From contig NC_088857.1 of assembly GCF_963853765.1 (NCBI RefSeq), positions 8,804,001 to 8,868,000 on the forward strand: a stretch of DNA of 64,000 nucleotides, in the 5' to 3' direction. A program made the position numbers and the translations under genes. The notes beneath the pieces were generated by a model. That model saw only the letters and a program-made list of their open reading frames with translations, made no database searches and was not told the DNA's origin. This DNA is from Magallana gigas (lineage: Eukaryota). Below, one piece after another: positions 1-10,500 of the stretch (its first letter is position 1; the number at the start of each line of letters is the position of its first letter).

Positions 1-59
1 AGGATATTATGAGATTATTCAAAATAGAACACTTAATGCCGTTATACTATACATTTTTA

Positions 60-309
60 AAACAATAAAATGCTCACTTTGATGATTCATTTGGGATATG
101 AAGGTAGCGACATTGCAGAAAAAATACATAACCCGCGTTAGCGGGTTCTGTAAATTTTTTCTGCAATGATCGCTACCTTCATTACCCGAATGAATCATCA
201 AAGAAAGCATTTTATTGTTTATATTAACATCTTTCTTTTAGCCAATTGATAAATTGATTATGAAAAGTAAGTAAAATTCACTAAATTACTGTTAATGTAC
301 GTAAGTACG
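60..309. repeat. Foldback (long hairpin) interspersed repeat, copy 1, proximal part; continues at 1205-1498 after an insertion
   Basis: Arms 60-~125 (aaacaataaaatgc...gaaggtagcgacattgcagaaaaaa) and ~155-220 (ttttttctgcaatgatcgctaccttc...gcattttattgttt) are imperfect reverse complements around a GC-rich core acccgc-gtta-gcgggt. Near-identical copies at 3982 and 53615. Confidence 0.9.
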
Positions 310-313
310 TTAA

Positions 314-1200
314 GGATGACGTTTACTCAGAATGAAAAAAAAATCCACTGATGATAATGAAAAACCATCTATTGTGTGTTATAGACCTTTGCTTGTATTG
401 TTATTTTTCACTTTCAGAAAAGTAGGTCAATGACCTACTTTTTGAGTTAATGGCCATTGAATATTTATTGAAAATTCAAGAAAAATCCCATAAAATTTTA
501 CACTACGATTGAGATTTTCTTAATTATAACAATATTACAAATAATTAAACACTTTAAAAAATAAGATACAGTTTACGAATGGTAGTGGCACTAAATAAGT
601 ACACAACATTAAGATTTCAGCAACAATTTTTAAAAATAATTCAGTCCGAATTTCCTCTATCAGTTTTCAAATCCCTACCCATTTTTGATTCAATTTTTAA
701 AAAAATTGAATGATGATAATACAAAAACATTTATGATATTGAACTACTTATATTGACCTTATTCTGTTGGCATAAAATTTATATGAGGTCAATGATCAAA
801 ATTTTGAGATATGATGTCTTTTATAGTTTTTTAGCATTTTTCAATATTATTATTATTCGTGCCATAAGATTATTTTAATGAATAAGTGAGGTAAAACCAA
901 CGGAAAATATGCAAAGTTATGTAGACTAAAATATAAAATCCTAACTTTTAATATTAGACTACTGCCAAAAAACTTTTAGCAGAAAACGAAATCTGCAAAA
1001 TTTAGTCCGAATTTCCTCTGTTTGGCTAAAAGTCAATTTTTGTTTGAGCATAATTCCATAATAAAGTAAAACTATTGAATTTTTTGTCAATAATAATTCA
1101 TTTCATAAATACTTTTTGTATTTAGAACAAATTTTACTCATTACATTGAACTTTTTAACAATCGGAATTTGAGAACTCAAACCCTGAGTAAATAACACCC
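314..1200. mobile_element. Non-autonomous TTAA-targeting DNA transposon (Kolobok-like), 887 bp
   Basis: TTAA at 310-313 and 1201-1204. Termini GGATGACGTTTACTCAG and (revcomp) GGGTGTTATTTACTCAG, 13/17 match. The paralogous empty site at 53844 has a single TTAG. RR..YY termini with TTAA TSD fit Kolobok rather than piggyBac. No transposase ORF. Confidence 0.85.
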
Positions 1201-1207
1201 TTAACTA

Positions 1208-1426
1208 ATAGAAACAGCCAAATCGTCTCCTGTGAGACTTTGAGTCTGACGTCGTCATGATTATTTCGTGCAGTCCGTGATTTTTCCTAGGTAGTTGTAG
1301 GTCTCGACCAATCGATAAACTGGGCGTGTCAAGTTTGGTCCTGTCACTTTCTTGTCAGTTTCAGCCGCTGTAGATTTCGACCAATCAATAAACGGGGCGT
1401 GTAGATTTCAATCTGGCTGTTTCTAT
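1208..1426. mobile_element. MITE-like module with 16-bp terminal inverted repeats, part of the composite repeat also present at 53850-54060
   Basis: atagaaacagccaaat (1208-1223) vs revcomp of atctggctgtttctat (1411-1426): 15/16 match, with TA at both ends. Two internal gaccaatc..ataaac.gggcgtgt motifs (1306-1329, 1379-1402). Confidence 0.6.
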
Positions 1427-1732
1427 AGAGCTATGAATTAACTATAAGTTTCCGTAAGAAATAGAGGGAATAATACTTGGTAGATGTAAATATATGTACA
1501 TGCATTATAAAATTTCTGGAAAGGGCCGCAGCAGATTTCGAATTCTGAGAAAACTATACACGTAACGCAGGTGCCTGTTCTTTTAAATAGTTCTTAAAAC
1601 TAGACACTGTGTATTATTACTTTAACATTAAATGCTTATATTTGTACTCATATTGATGTTAATTTATATGAAAATGTCGGTCCTGTCTTCAAGCACCTGA
1701 CAATTCATATAACATCACGTAAGTGAGGGCAC

Positions 1733-1803
1733 GCATCGGTGGTTCAGTGGTAGAATGCTCGCCTGCCACGCGGGCGGCCCGGGTTCGATTCCCGGCCGTT
1801 GCA
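1733..1803 (+). tRNA. tRNA-Gly-GCC: tRNA-Gly (anticodon GCC)
   Basis: GCATCGGTGGTTCAGTGGTAGAATGCTCGCCTGCCACGCGGGCGGCCCGGGTTCGATTCCCGGCCGTTGCA, 71 nt, with intact A and B boxes and GCC anticodon loop. One U4-U69 mismatch in the acceptor stem. Confidence 0.93.
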
Positions 1804-1806
1804 ATA

Positions 1807-1811
1807 TTTTT
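1807..1811 (+). terminator. RNA polymerase III terminator (T5)
   Basis: TTTTT 3 nt downstream of the tRNA-Gly 3' end. Confidence 0.7.
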
Positions 1812-2128
1812 CTAGACCTTTTGTTACTAATAACTATATTATATGCAGTCGATCAGTGGACTAATATAAGTTTCCTATTACAGAGAAGCCGGTATTGTCT
1901 TGATAGTTTTTATTTTCTTGCATTGTCAATCAGATAAAGAGCGGCTATATGTCTATTATATTATTGTTGCAAGTTCCACTTATCAAAATATGTTATTAAA
2001 TTTACTAACCTCCTATCATTCTGTGACTTTGTGATGAACAATCCCGACAAAGCTAAGTTGATAATTCCGGCCATCAACATATGAACCTCTCATCATTTCG
2101 CAACTGTTTTCTATCGTGCTTTGAAAAG

Positions 2129-4962
2129 ATGATCACAAATCTACTACGTCCGCTTTTACTGTTGGAAATTTGGCTCAGCGTAGTCTTTGGTAAGAGTTTT
2201 AACGTTGTTCATTTATATTAAGGTGGTATGGGACACTTCCATGTTGTGGCCTACATGTATTGTTTATCGAAATAAACAATAAAACGAAGTGTAATTATAT
2301 AAATAGTTTCTTTAAGTTTCCAATATTGTTACCCATCATCGTAGCACTTTAATCAACATTGATATCGACAGATGTCCCATTCCACCCTACTTGCATGCAT
2401 GAACAAATAAAGGTATAGACTATTTATAATGGTTTTATCAAACGATTTCTATGATCCGTCTGGGATTCGAACGAAACATTGGTGTAATATGTAGCTGGTT
2501 TTATCGAGTTAGTCTCTGGTAACCTAAGTGGTAAGTACAATATGAAGTCAGCAATAAATGCTCACTTAATTTGTGTTTTTCAGATGCAAGATCCGTGTAT
2601 AGTTGCGATGCCAACATATTACGGGGTTATAATGCCTCATTCGGATCTGGAATCATTTTAGGTGGAAACGAATGCAGAATTTTGCACCATTTCAAAGGAA
2701 AATTCGCATATTCGGTGAAACTTTTGAATAATGGAGCATGTGATATAATGTGTGAGATTCTTTACCAAGACTTTTTCAACCACCAGCAATATCAATTTTG
2801 TGATGACACGGTTACAATTATTGAGGCAGACGTGGAAGGAATATCAACTGTGAGGCTCCTTAATCCTGGGGAAACTGATACAGAAGCAAGCGCCAAATTT
2901 TGTTTAACGATTTCCTACCTTGGTAAAAATCCATTGCATGGTTTTTTTCTTTGTGCCGATGACTGACTCCCTTCTTAAACAATTTTCAAAATAAAGATTA
3001 AAGAAATCTAAGTTAAAGCATAAGAATGAAAAGAAAATAGAATGTAAAGGATCACAATGAGGTTTATGAACCAGTGTTGCATGTATTAAATAATTAATAC
3101 ATTCTCCCTCTTTTCTGAAGCCATTTATCCATCATTCCCTTTCGAACTGAATTGTGGAAATGAAGCGACGACTGACGCTTGGGTCGTGAGAACAGAAAAC
3201 AATCCTTCCGTGACTGGGCAGTCTGGTAAGATCACCGTTATAATCCTTGTTTGTACAACACTGTATTTTGTTGGAGTACAGATGTTTAGAACCATTTTAA
3301 CAGGAGCTTGGACTTTGGGTAGTTGTAGCAAACAGCAATGTGACGTAGGCCTGTCTATTTCATTGTTGGCCACTCAGCCATGACACTTTGAAATCAACAA
3401 GATTTGTCTGGCTTTTGGGCTAAGACTACAGGAACTGACACAATCTGTGTATATTTCACTTGGAACTAGCGTCATTTTAAACTTCTTTTGACGCAAGAAA
3501 AAGATAGTTACATCCTACCGAAAGTCCAAGGTCTTGTTAGAATGGTTCCATTACATGTACTGTATGGCCTCTAAACATCAAGATGCTTGTCATGTTCAAC
3601 AGTATTAAGTACATGTAAATGTACATAGCCAATTTTTCCTCAGATGATTTTTCCACGTTTAACAGATTTAAGTGAAATTTTCAAGTGGATTCCATTTAGC
3701 ATAAGACCGTTGCTTTAGTTTATATCTTTGAAATACGTATACATTTGAAGCAAAATTGAATTAAAAACTTCGAAAGATTGAAGAAAATCCGATACATTTA
3801 TTATAATAAGTTTTTACTGTTGTATAAAAATGATTTTGTTTCGACTTTGCTTGAAATGGCATAGTTTTTGCATGGTTAGGGCAATAGAGTGTGTAATATC
3901 ATACCATGCAGGGAAGTGCAAATAAATTAATGTGGAGAACTTGTGAATTTTTTCTAATGCACGCAACTTCTGTGTAACACCTAAACAATAAAATGCTTTC
4001 TTTGGTGATTCATACGGGCTATGAAGGTAGCGACTTTGCAGAAAAAATACATGTACATAACTCGCGTTCTGTATTAATTTCGTTATTTTTTCTGCAATGA
4101 TCGCTACCTTAATAACCCGCATTAATCATCAAAGAAAGCATTCTTTTGTTTATATTAACACCTTTCTTTAAACAAATTAATAAATTGATTGTAAAAAGTA
4201 AGTAAATGAACTTTTGTCATTCGTTACGTCATACATTTATAAAATATTGTTGATATATATTTTTACCCTCTAAGCCCAACACTGATAATTTCCATGAACA
4301 AAAGCATATTTTAAAGACGACAAAAGTGAACTTCTTTCAGTTAATGTGGACGAAGATATACGTTCTTCAGACAGGAATCGGTCCATATCTGAAAGTGAAC
4401 GAAGACCAGATGCATATCAACCTTCTTGTGGTAAGATATGTTAATAGTATTATATTACATATATTACTTATACATAGAATTTTTAAGAGTAACGATAACC
4501 TAATTCTAATGCTAAGAATAAAAAAGGTTACAAACTTTGCCTAAAATGTATGTTTTTTTTTGTAAATCACATTTTTCTGATAATAATTTCTGTTTTACAT
4601 TGCAGTAGTTCTCACTGTGTTGCTCGTTGTTGCCATTCTTTGCATTTTGGTTCTTGTGGCTTTGCTTATCTACTTCAGAAGGTAACTTATTTGGGGTTTA
4701 TTGGAAAATTTCAAACCTTTTTATTAAATTAAAAATATGTATTTGCAATTGTGTGCTTTTCTGAGTTCACAGTAAATGGAAGTCACCTCACCATAAAGCA
4801 GGACACAATACGAACGGTGAGCCTGGGGTAGGGAGTGAATCCATCAACTATGTCAGTCAGACACCAAACAGCGGCATTTACACTGGACTAGACCACGCTA
4901 CACACTACCAAGACCTGAGTGGACACTACACAGCTTTACACCAAACCAACAGGTCGAACTGA
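2129..4962 (+). CDS. Type I transmembrane receptor-like protein, ~286 aa: signal peptide, Cys-containing ectodomain, TM helix, tail with three YxxL motifs
   Basis: Exons 2129-2189, 2584-2922, 3121-3225, 4341-4430, 4606-4681, 4773-4962; all GT-AG and phase-compatible (861 nt). Starts MITNLLRPLLLLEIWLSVVF; TM VVLTVLLVVAILCILVLVALLIYFRR; tail ...GIYTGLDHATHYQDLSGHYTALHQTNRSN*. Family not recognised. Confidence 0.8.
2222..2386. mobile_element. Short Kolobok-like MITE in intron 1 of the receptor gene
   Basis: TTAA (2218-2221) then GGTGGTATGGGACAC. The other end 2372-2386 reads GGTGGAATGGGACAT on the reverse strand (13/15). Right TSD decayed (CTAC). The same 5' end recurs at 7070. Confidence 0.6.
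3982..4208. repeat. Foldback repeat, copy 2 (truncated after the spacer), in intron 3 of the receptor gene
   Basis: Arms 3982-4152 align with 60-220 and 53615-53755; homology runs to aagtaagtaaa at ~4208. Confidence 0.88.
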
Positions 4963-5848
4963 TTTGGTTAATTGGATTTTTTTAATGAATGAATTTATCA
5001 AGATTTTTTGCATAAAAATTCATGTTAAACTTAAATTGACAGAATAGAAGTTGGTATAAAGGGTAGCATTTCAATGTTTTACGTTTATTTGACATGCCCT
5101 GTATACTGTGTGTCGTTTTTTGAAACAGGCCAGCGAGTTACCTTGTACCAGCTACCTACCAAGATGTCAAGTGAACAAGTCATTAAAAACATTGAATTCA
5201 AGACGGAGAACATATAATTAAACAAGGCAACCATTTTTATAGCAAATGCAAATGGCAAAATACTCACATTTCTCATCCTTTACACGATTAAGGTCATGCA
5301 TACGGCCAAGGACTGTTTTAAACATTTTTTCTTGTAAAATCAATCGCCTAATAAAATTGTGTTTTCCACAATATTTATTCAAGACAGATAAGAAAGTACA
5401 TGTATACTACATGTATATAGATTAAAATTGAATTTCCAAAGGAGTACCTTTCATCTGATAGAAATCATTTCATTTTGACCAAGACGGAATTTAAACAAAA
5501 TAAAGTAGAGTAGATGACTTTGTAGTATTTCACTGATCCATGCAGCTATTGAAATTTGATTCAGTCTTGCATTACGAAATTTGAAAGTGAGACAAAATAA
5601 AAATATACCTTCATTACAACTGGACAAATCTTTGACATAGATGACAAATATAATCCATCCTGATATAACGATTTCACTTCGAGCAAACAAACAAAGTTTT
5701 TAATTATTTCGGCTTTAGGGATTTAATTTATTCACTAAAGTGATGTAATTTTTATTGTATATTGTTTATTATTTACAAAGAAAATTCAATGTATATTAAA
5801 CATGTATTTTGTTATCCTGAAAATAAAGGGGAACTAATCGTTTTATGA

Positions 5849-5911
5849 GCATTGGTGGCTCAGTGGAAGAATGCTCGCCTGCCGGCCTGGGTTCAACTCC
5901 CGGCCGATGCA
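5849..5911 (+). pseudogene. tRNA-Gly(GCC) pseudogene
   Basis: GCATTGGTGGCTCAGTGGAAGAATGCTCGCCTGCC-GGCCTGGGTTCAACTCCCGGCCGATGCA then TTTTT. Lacks 8 nt (ACGCGGGC) of the anticodon arm and has substitutions in the A and B boxes. Confidence 0.88.
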
Positions 5912-6589
5912 TTTTTCGATCACTATTGATTCAATCAATAAGAAATTAAGACAACTACCTATGTTAATTTGTTGAGATATTATAGGAAAGAAGTGCGAGG
6001 CATGCGGCAGTCCAAATCAATTTTTTTATTTTAATTTTTAAATATATAACAAATCATTACTAAATTTGATATAAAATTTAAAGTAATTGCAAAAAAGACC
6101 AACAGTACATACATGTATATAAATGTACATGTATGTGATTTTTTTTTTTTGATTTGTACTATTTACAAATCAAAGGATGATTCTTTAAAAAGCACTCTTG
6201 CAGCATCGTGACGCGTTTTATGGAGAGCTGTTTGATTTATTTGGGTCAAGTCCAGCAAGTTTTTAAAATGTTCTTGACTTCCGATGAGTGTTACACAGAA
6301 GTATACATGTATGATTAAGCACTCATCGTTAGGGTTATTAACCTCAATCAAACGACCCGTATTTCTCTGCATTTCACAATCTATTTTATTTGAAGTTCTT
6401 TGCAAAAATAAGCACTGAGTGAGGAAACTACATTTTCTGCTTTCGCTGCTGAAAAACAGCTAAACCTGTCGTTGTTTTAGTATTTTCTTTTGACGTTCAC
6501 ACTTGAAGTCTAATTTTGCTGAAATGATTAAGTTTTGTACTCACGTATTTGTTCGGAAGATATTAATAAACCAGCATTTAAAAATATAG

Positions 6590-6860
6590 ACAGGCACGAA
6601 CTTTTCATTCCGTTGCTTGGAGTTGCTGCCCTTTGCTTGCTGTTGGCTGTGGGCATGGTTCTCTACTGTAGAAGGCATTTATTTGACTCACCGTTATGTA
6701 TATGTAAAATTTTTGCAGTAGTTTCTGATTTCACAGTAAACGGAAGAAATAAAATCTAAAGAGAGTAAACATTAGGAAGGGCGTGGTCACTTATTGAACT
6801 CATCTGTAATATTGGGACACAAAAAAGTAGCATTTAATTCTACACACTACAGGGTATGAA
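6590..6860 (+). pseudogene. Decayed duplicate of the TM and tail exons of the receptor gene
   Basis: Open TM-like exon DRHELFIPLLGVAALCLLLAVGMVLYCRR (6590-6674) ends tactgtagaag like tacttcagaag (4681). Acceptor ttctgatttcacag|taaacggaag (6736) matches ttctgagttcacag|taaatggaag (4772). 6816-6836 matches 4860-4880 at 17/21. Donor is GC, not GT, and the tail has stops. Confidence 0.7.
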
Positions 6861-7069
6861 CAGACAATAAACATCTGTACATAAAAGCAACAAGTCGAGC
6901 GATTCGTATTCATAGAGGCTGCAGGGGCAGTGGAAAGATACCACGTATCGTTAAATTCTCAATCAATATTTGTATTCTAAAAAACTTTACATCACAAATA
7001 TTACATGCGTGTTTGATCAAGCAGGAAACATCGGTTGTCGGTTCTTTAAAGTTTTGTGAATGCAGTTAA

Positions 7070-7260
7070 GGTTGTATGGGACACATGTCGATACTAATGT
7101 GTATTAAAAAGTACATCAAAGTAAAAATACCTTCAGCGAATTAGAATTTTAAATCTTTAAAAAGTATGACCAAAAATATGGTTTTTTATTTTTTGAAAAA
7201 GTAAAAATAATAAAAACCTCAGCGGGATTCGAACACATGACTTACAGAGTCATAACTTTG
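7070..7260. mobile_element. One-ended fragment of the same Kolobok-like family as 2222-2386
   Basis: ttaa-ggttgtatgggacac at 7066-7084. Internal gcgggattcgaac (antisense B-box-like) near 7222. No matching right end found. Confidence 0.45.
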
Positions 7261-7528
7261 CCATTCATCAATCACCTTTACAGACAGTTAAGTCATGCAT
7301 GTTGCATTTAGTCGACTAAGTACTTCAGTTTCATCTTGTAATTTTTCGCTTATATAATCCCACTGAATACTCTAGTCTTGCGCAAAGAACACGACAAAAT
7401 TTGATATAAAAGTTTTTTGATATTTTACTTTAAAAAACTCCTTTGCTTAACTATACAATTTTATAAATACATATTCTAGTACATGTATACTGATAAACAT
7501 CCAAACTTGAGTCACGCGGATACTCCTA

Positions 7529-10500
7529 CTACTCTTGTACATATCCGGGCGGAAGATTGATGATGTAGTTTGGCGGACATTTTGGAACCTTGCAGCATTT
7601 TCCAGCGGGAGGGGCTTCTAGCGTACACTGGGATGGCAAGTGGAACCCCATGCATCTAAAATGTGAAACAAAAAAGTGAAACAACATTAGTTCACCACAT
7701 TTTTTGTAACTATCACCATGGAATCAATTGATAACTTAATATTTTTTTTAATATTACCCAATTTCATATACCAACTATGCACAAAATAACAATAAAGACA
7801 CCATCCATGAACATTGGGTCAAGAATCTGTTTGTAAAGCAACAACGTAAAAAAGAAGTTGTCTTACCTGCTTTCACAGTTGTAGAACGCCTTACGCTCAC
7901 AGGAGCATTTCCATTGACAACCGTCATACCACGTATCCCTTAACTGGTAGATGGACCCGTCTTTGTAAACACATCCTTGGAAGTCACCTAATTAAGAATA
8001 TGAAATAGTTGTGACGGTAATGATAATAATGTGGTGTGTAGCTCGAATGACTATCATGACTATTAACTTACTTGATAAGATATGTGTCGTATTGACATTG
8101 GGCAAATCACATACAGACTCTGGACAGCAATTTCCGGCTCTCTTGACCAGGGAACAACCATCAGCCAGCTGGATGTTCGGGCATCTGTNNNNNNNNNNNN
8201 NNNNNNNNNNNNNNNNNNNNNNNNNNNNNNNNNNNNNNNNNNNNNNNNNNNNNNNNNNNNNNNNNNNNNNNNNNNNNNNNNNNNNNNNNNNNNNNNNNNN
8301 NNNNNNNNNNNNNNNNATGAATAGAATTAAATCTAAGGAAATGGTTTCTTTTTCTCTTAATAACTTTCCTAAATTCACTGTAAAAATAATATTGACCTCT
8401 TTAACATCAAATTTTAATTTCTTTATATTTATCAACAGGTCATCTAAATTAAAAAGGTTAACAATTTTCATTCAAGAAACAAACTCCTTCACGAGAACTT
8501 ACTAGTTAAATCATTCTAAGGGTCAACCCATGACAGTTTGCTTTTATATTCCTAAAGAGAAGTCAGGGCTTATAATGAAGGGTGAAACACTAATTATAGC
8601 AAGCATTACTCTCGTAATTTTTATTTGCTACACCAAAATAGAGCATATATCTTATTTTGAGAGTTTTATTGACATTCATTTCAGATTGGCTAATATAGCA
8701 AGGCTATAACCCATTTCTATACACGGAAACATCCCAGGGGTTTTTAAGTCGTCTCAAGTGTCGTCCCAAATTTAAAATGGCCATAGCCACTGCGTTTTAA
8801 ATATCAATATCTGTAACCTCTTTCTAGAAGATACTCACATTTCATCAAACGTTCAACTCATTATCGAATATTCCTCACTTTACGTGCATTGGTTTGACAT
8901 TTTTATTCATTCTAAAATGAAAATACATTATGTAAAAGTACTACACATATATATAATACTTACGTGCTTTTACAGTCATACCGCCCTGATCTGCTGTCTA
9001 GACATGTACACGTGATGGCACAGCCGTCTTGCCAAGTTTCCCCTGACTGGTATTTCTGGGATTTGTATGTACAGCCTCCGCGATCGATGAATGAATCTAC
9101 AAAGAAAACCATTGATAAGAGGAAATAAAAAAAATTCATATAGGATGAGTGGCACTCTGTTGACTGAATGTAACGAATGAGGTCGAGATTTCAAAACAAT
9201 GTTAAAGCGGTGTTCGATTTAACATACTTGCGGTAGTGTTGACACAAACTAACTTCCTGCAGCATTCCCCGGAAACCACTTCATAATGACAGCTTGATGG
9301 GAGATGCTGGAACTCATTACACCTGTAAATGTAAAGCACTGAATTAAAATACTGGTCTTAATCCAAAGTATCCTTGCAAAAATACAATGTATCAATTTCA
9401 AATATATCAATAAGTGACGATGTTAAAATTGTAGAGTGGTAATTAAAGAGAATATGCACTGTCGTATTTTGGGTAGTGAGATTATAAGGGACAACGACAA
9501 TTAACACACTTTGTCGAACTGTGGGCAGCGAGGTCAAAGACAAAATGTCGGTTTTGAAGGTCAAGGGAGAGAGTTTGAAAAACCAAATTGCACAATGGAT
9601 GGTGGATCCACAGTTGACATAGTGAACATTTAATGTGGCATCAGGGAGAGTGACGTCACTGAATGAGCCTTACATCGATGCGCAGTGCGTGGTCAGTCCG
9701 TCCAGACACGTGCAGTTGTAGACACATCCATCCTGCCAGACCTCCCCGACCGAGTACGTCTTGTTCTTGTACTCACACTTATTGATCCCTCCCGATATCT
9801 CGTTTCCTTATAAAGAGAGTTAAAAAAGAAACAAAATAACACTTTTATAAAATGTCTACTTAGTTCAGGAAAGTAACAATCAATATTACTAGAAAACACA
9901 ATATCAGGTGTGTACTGTAACATCGAAATGTTAAGGCATCACCTACAAATACTGGTTAGCTATTGGTGCTTAACTTTTGTTTATAGCCAATGGTGTTTTG
10001 GTCCAGTGTCAAAAATGCAGAGTAATGTTATTTACGAGTAATATTGATTGCGAGGATGCCAATAGTATTTACCTGTTACAGAACATACAACCTTCTTGCA
10101 GCAATCTCCAGGAACTGTTTCATAATGACACGAGGAAGGGAGGTTTAGGTAGGTCAAACACCTGTATAAATATTAACTCGTTATGCGGAAGACATTAAAA
10201 TTGGATTGGATATTAAGCTGCACCCTTAAAACATTTCAACACTTAGATGAATTAATTTACGTATAAAAAAATATATTTTGATGTAAGATCAATGGTGCAA
10301 TACATTTGAAAAGAATAGTGCTGGTCTAAGTTTGAATTTTTCTCAGTTTGATTGAAATTACAAAAAAAATCCATTACGGTGTGATGCACTGCACGATGTC
10401 ATTCCTCTCACATGTACATCTGTAATCACATCCATCCATCCAAGTCTGAGCCTTAGCATAGGTCTTGTTTTTGTACAGACATCCCTTGTCCAATGATATA

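Noticed and set aside
19-210. ORFs at 19-210 and 3814-4122 with similar peptides
   Set aside because: They are translations of the foldback repeat, not a protein family.
1755-1937. 60-aa ORF MLACHAGGPGSIPGRC
   Set aside because: Translation of the tRNA-Gly gene.
2455-2475. gggattcgaac motifs (also ~7224 and ~21935) resembling tRNA T-arms
   Set aside because: Antisense B-box-like pieces inside repeats; no cloverleaf can be built.
5289-5330. ttaaggtcatgcatac as another Kolobok-like end
   Set aside because: No matching opposite terminus found.
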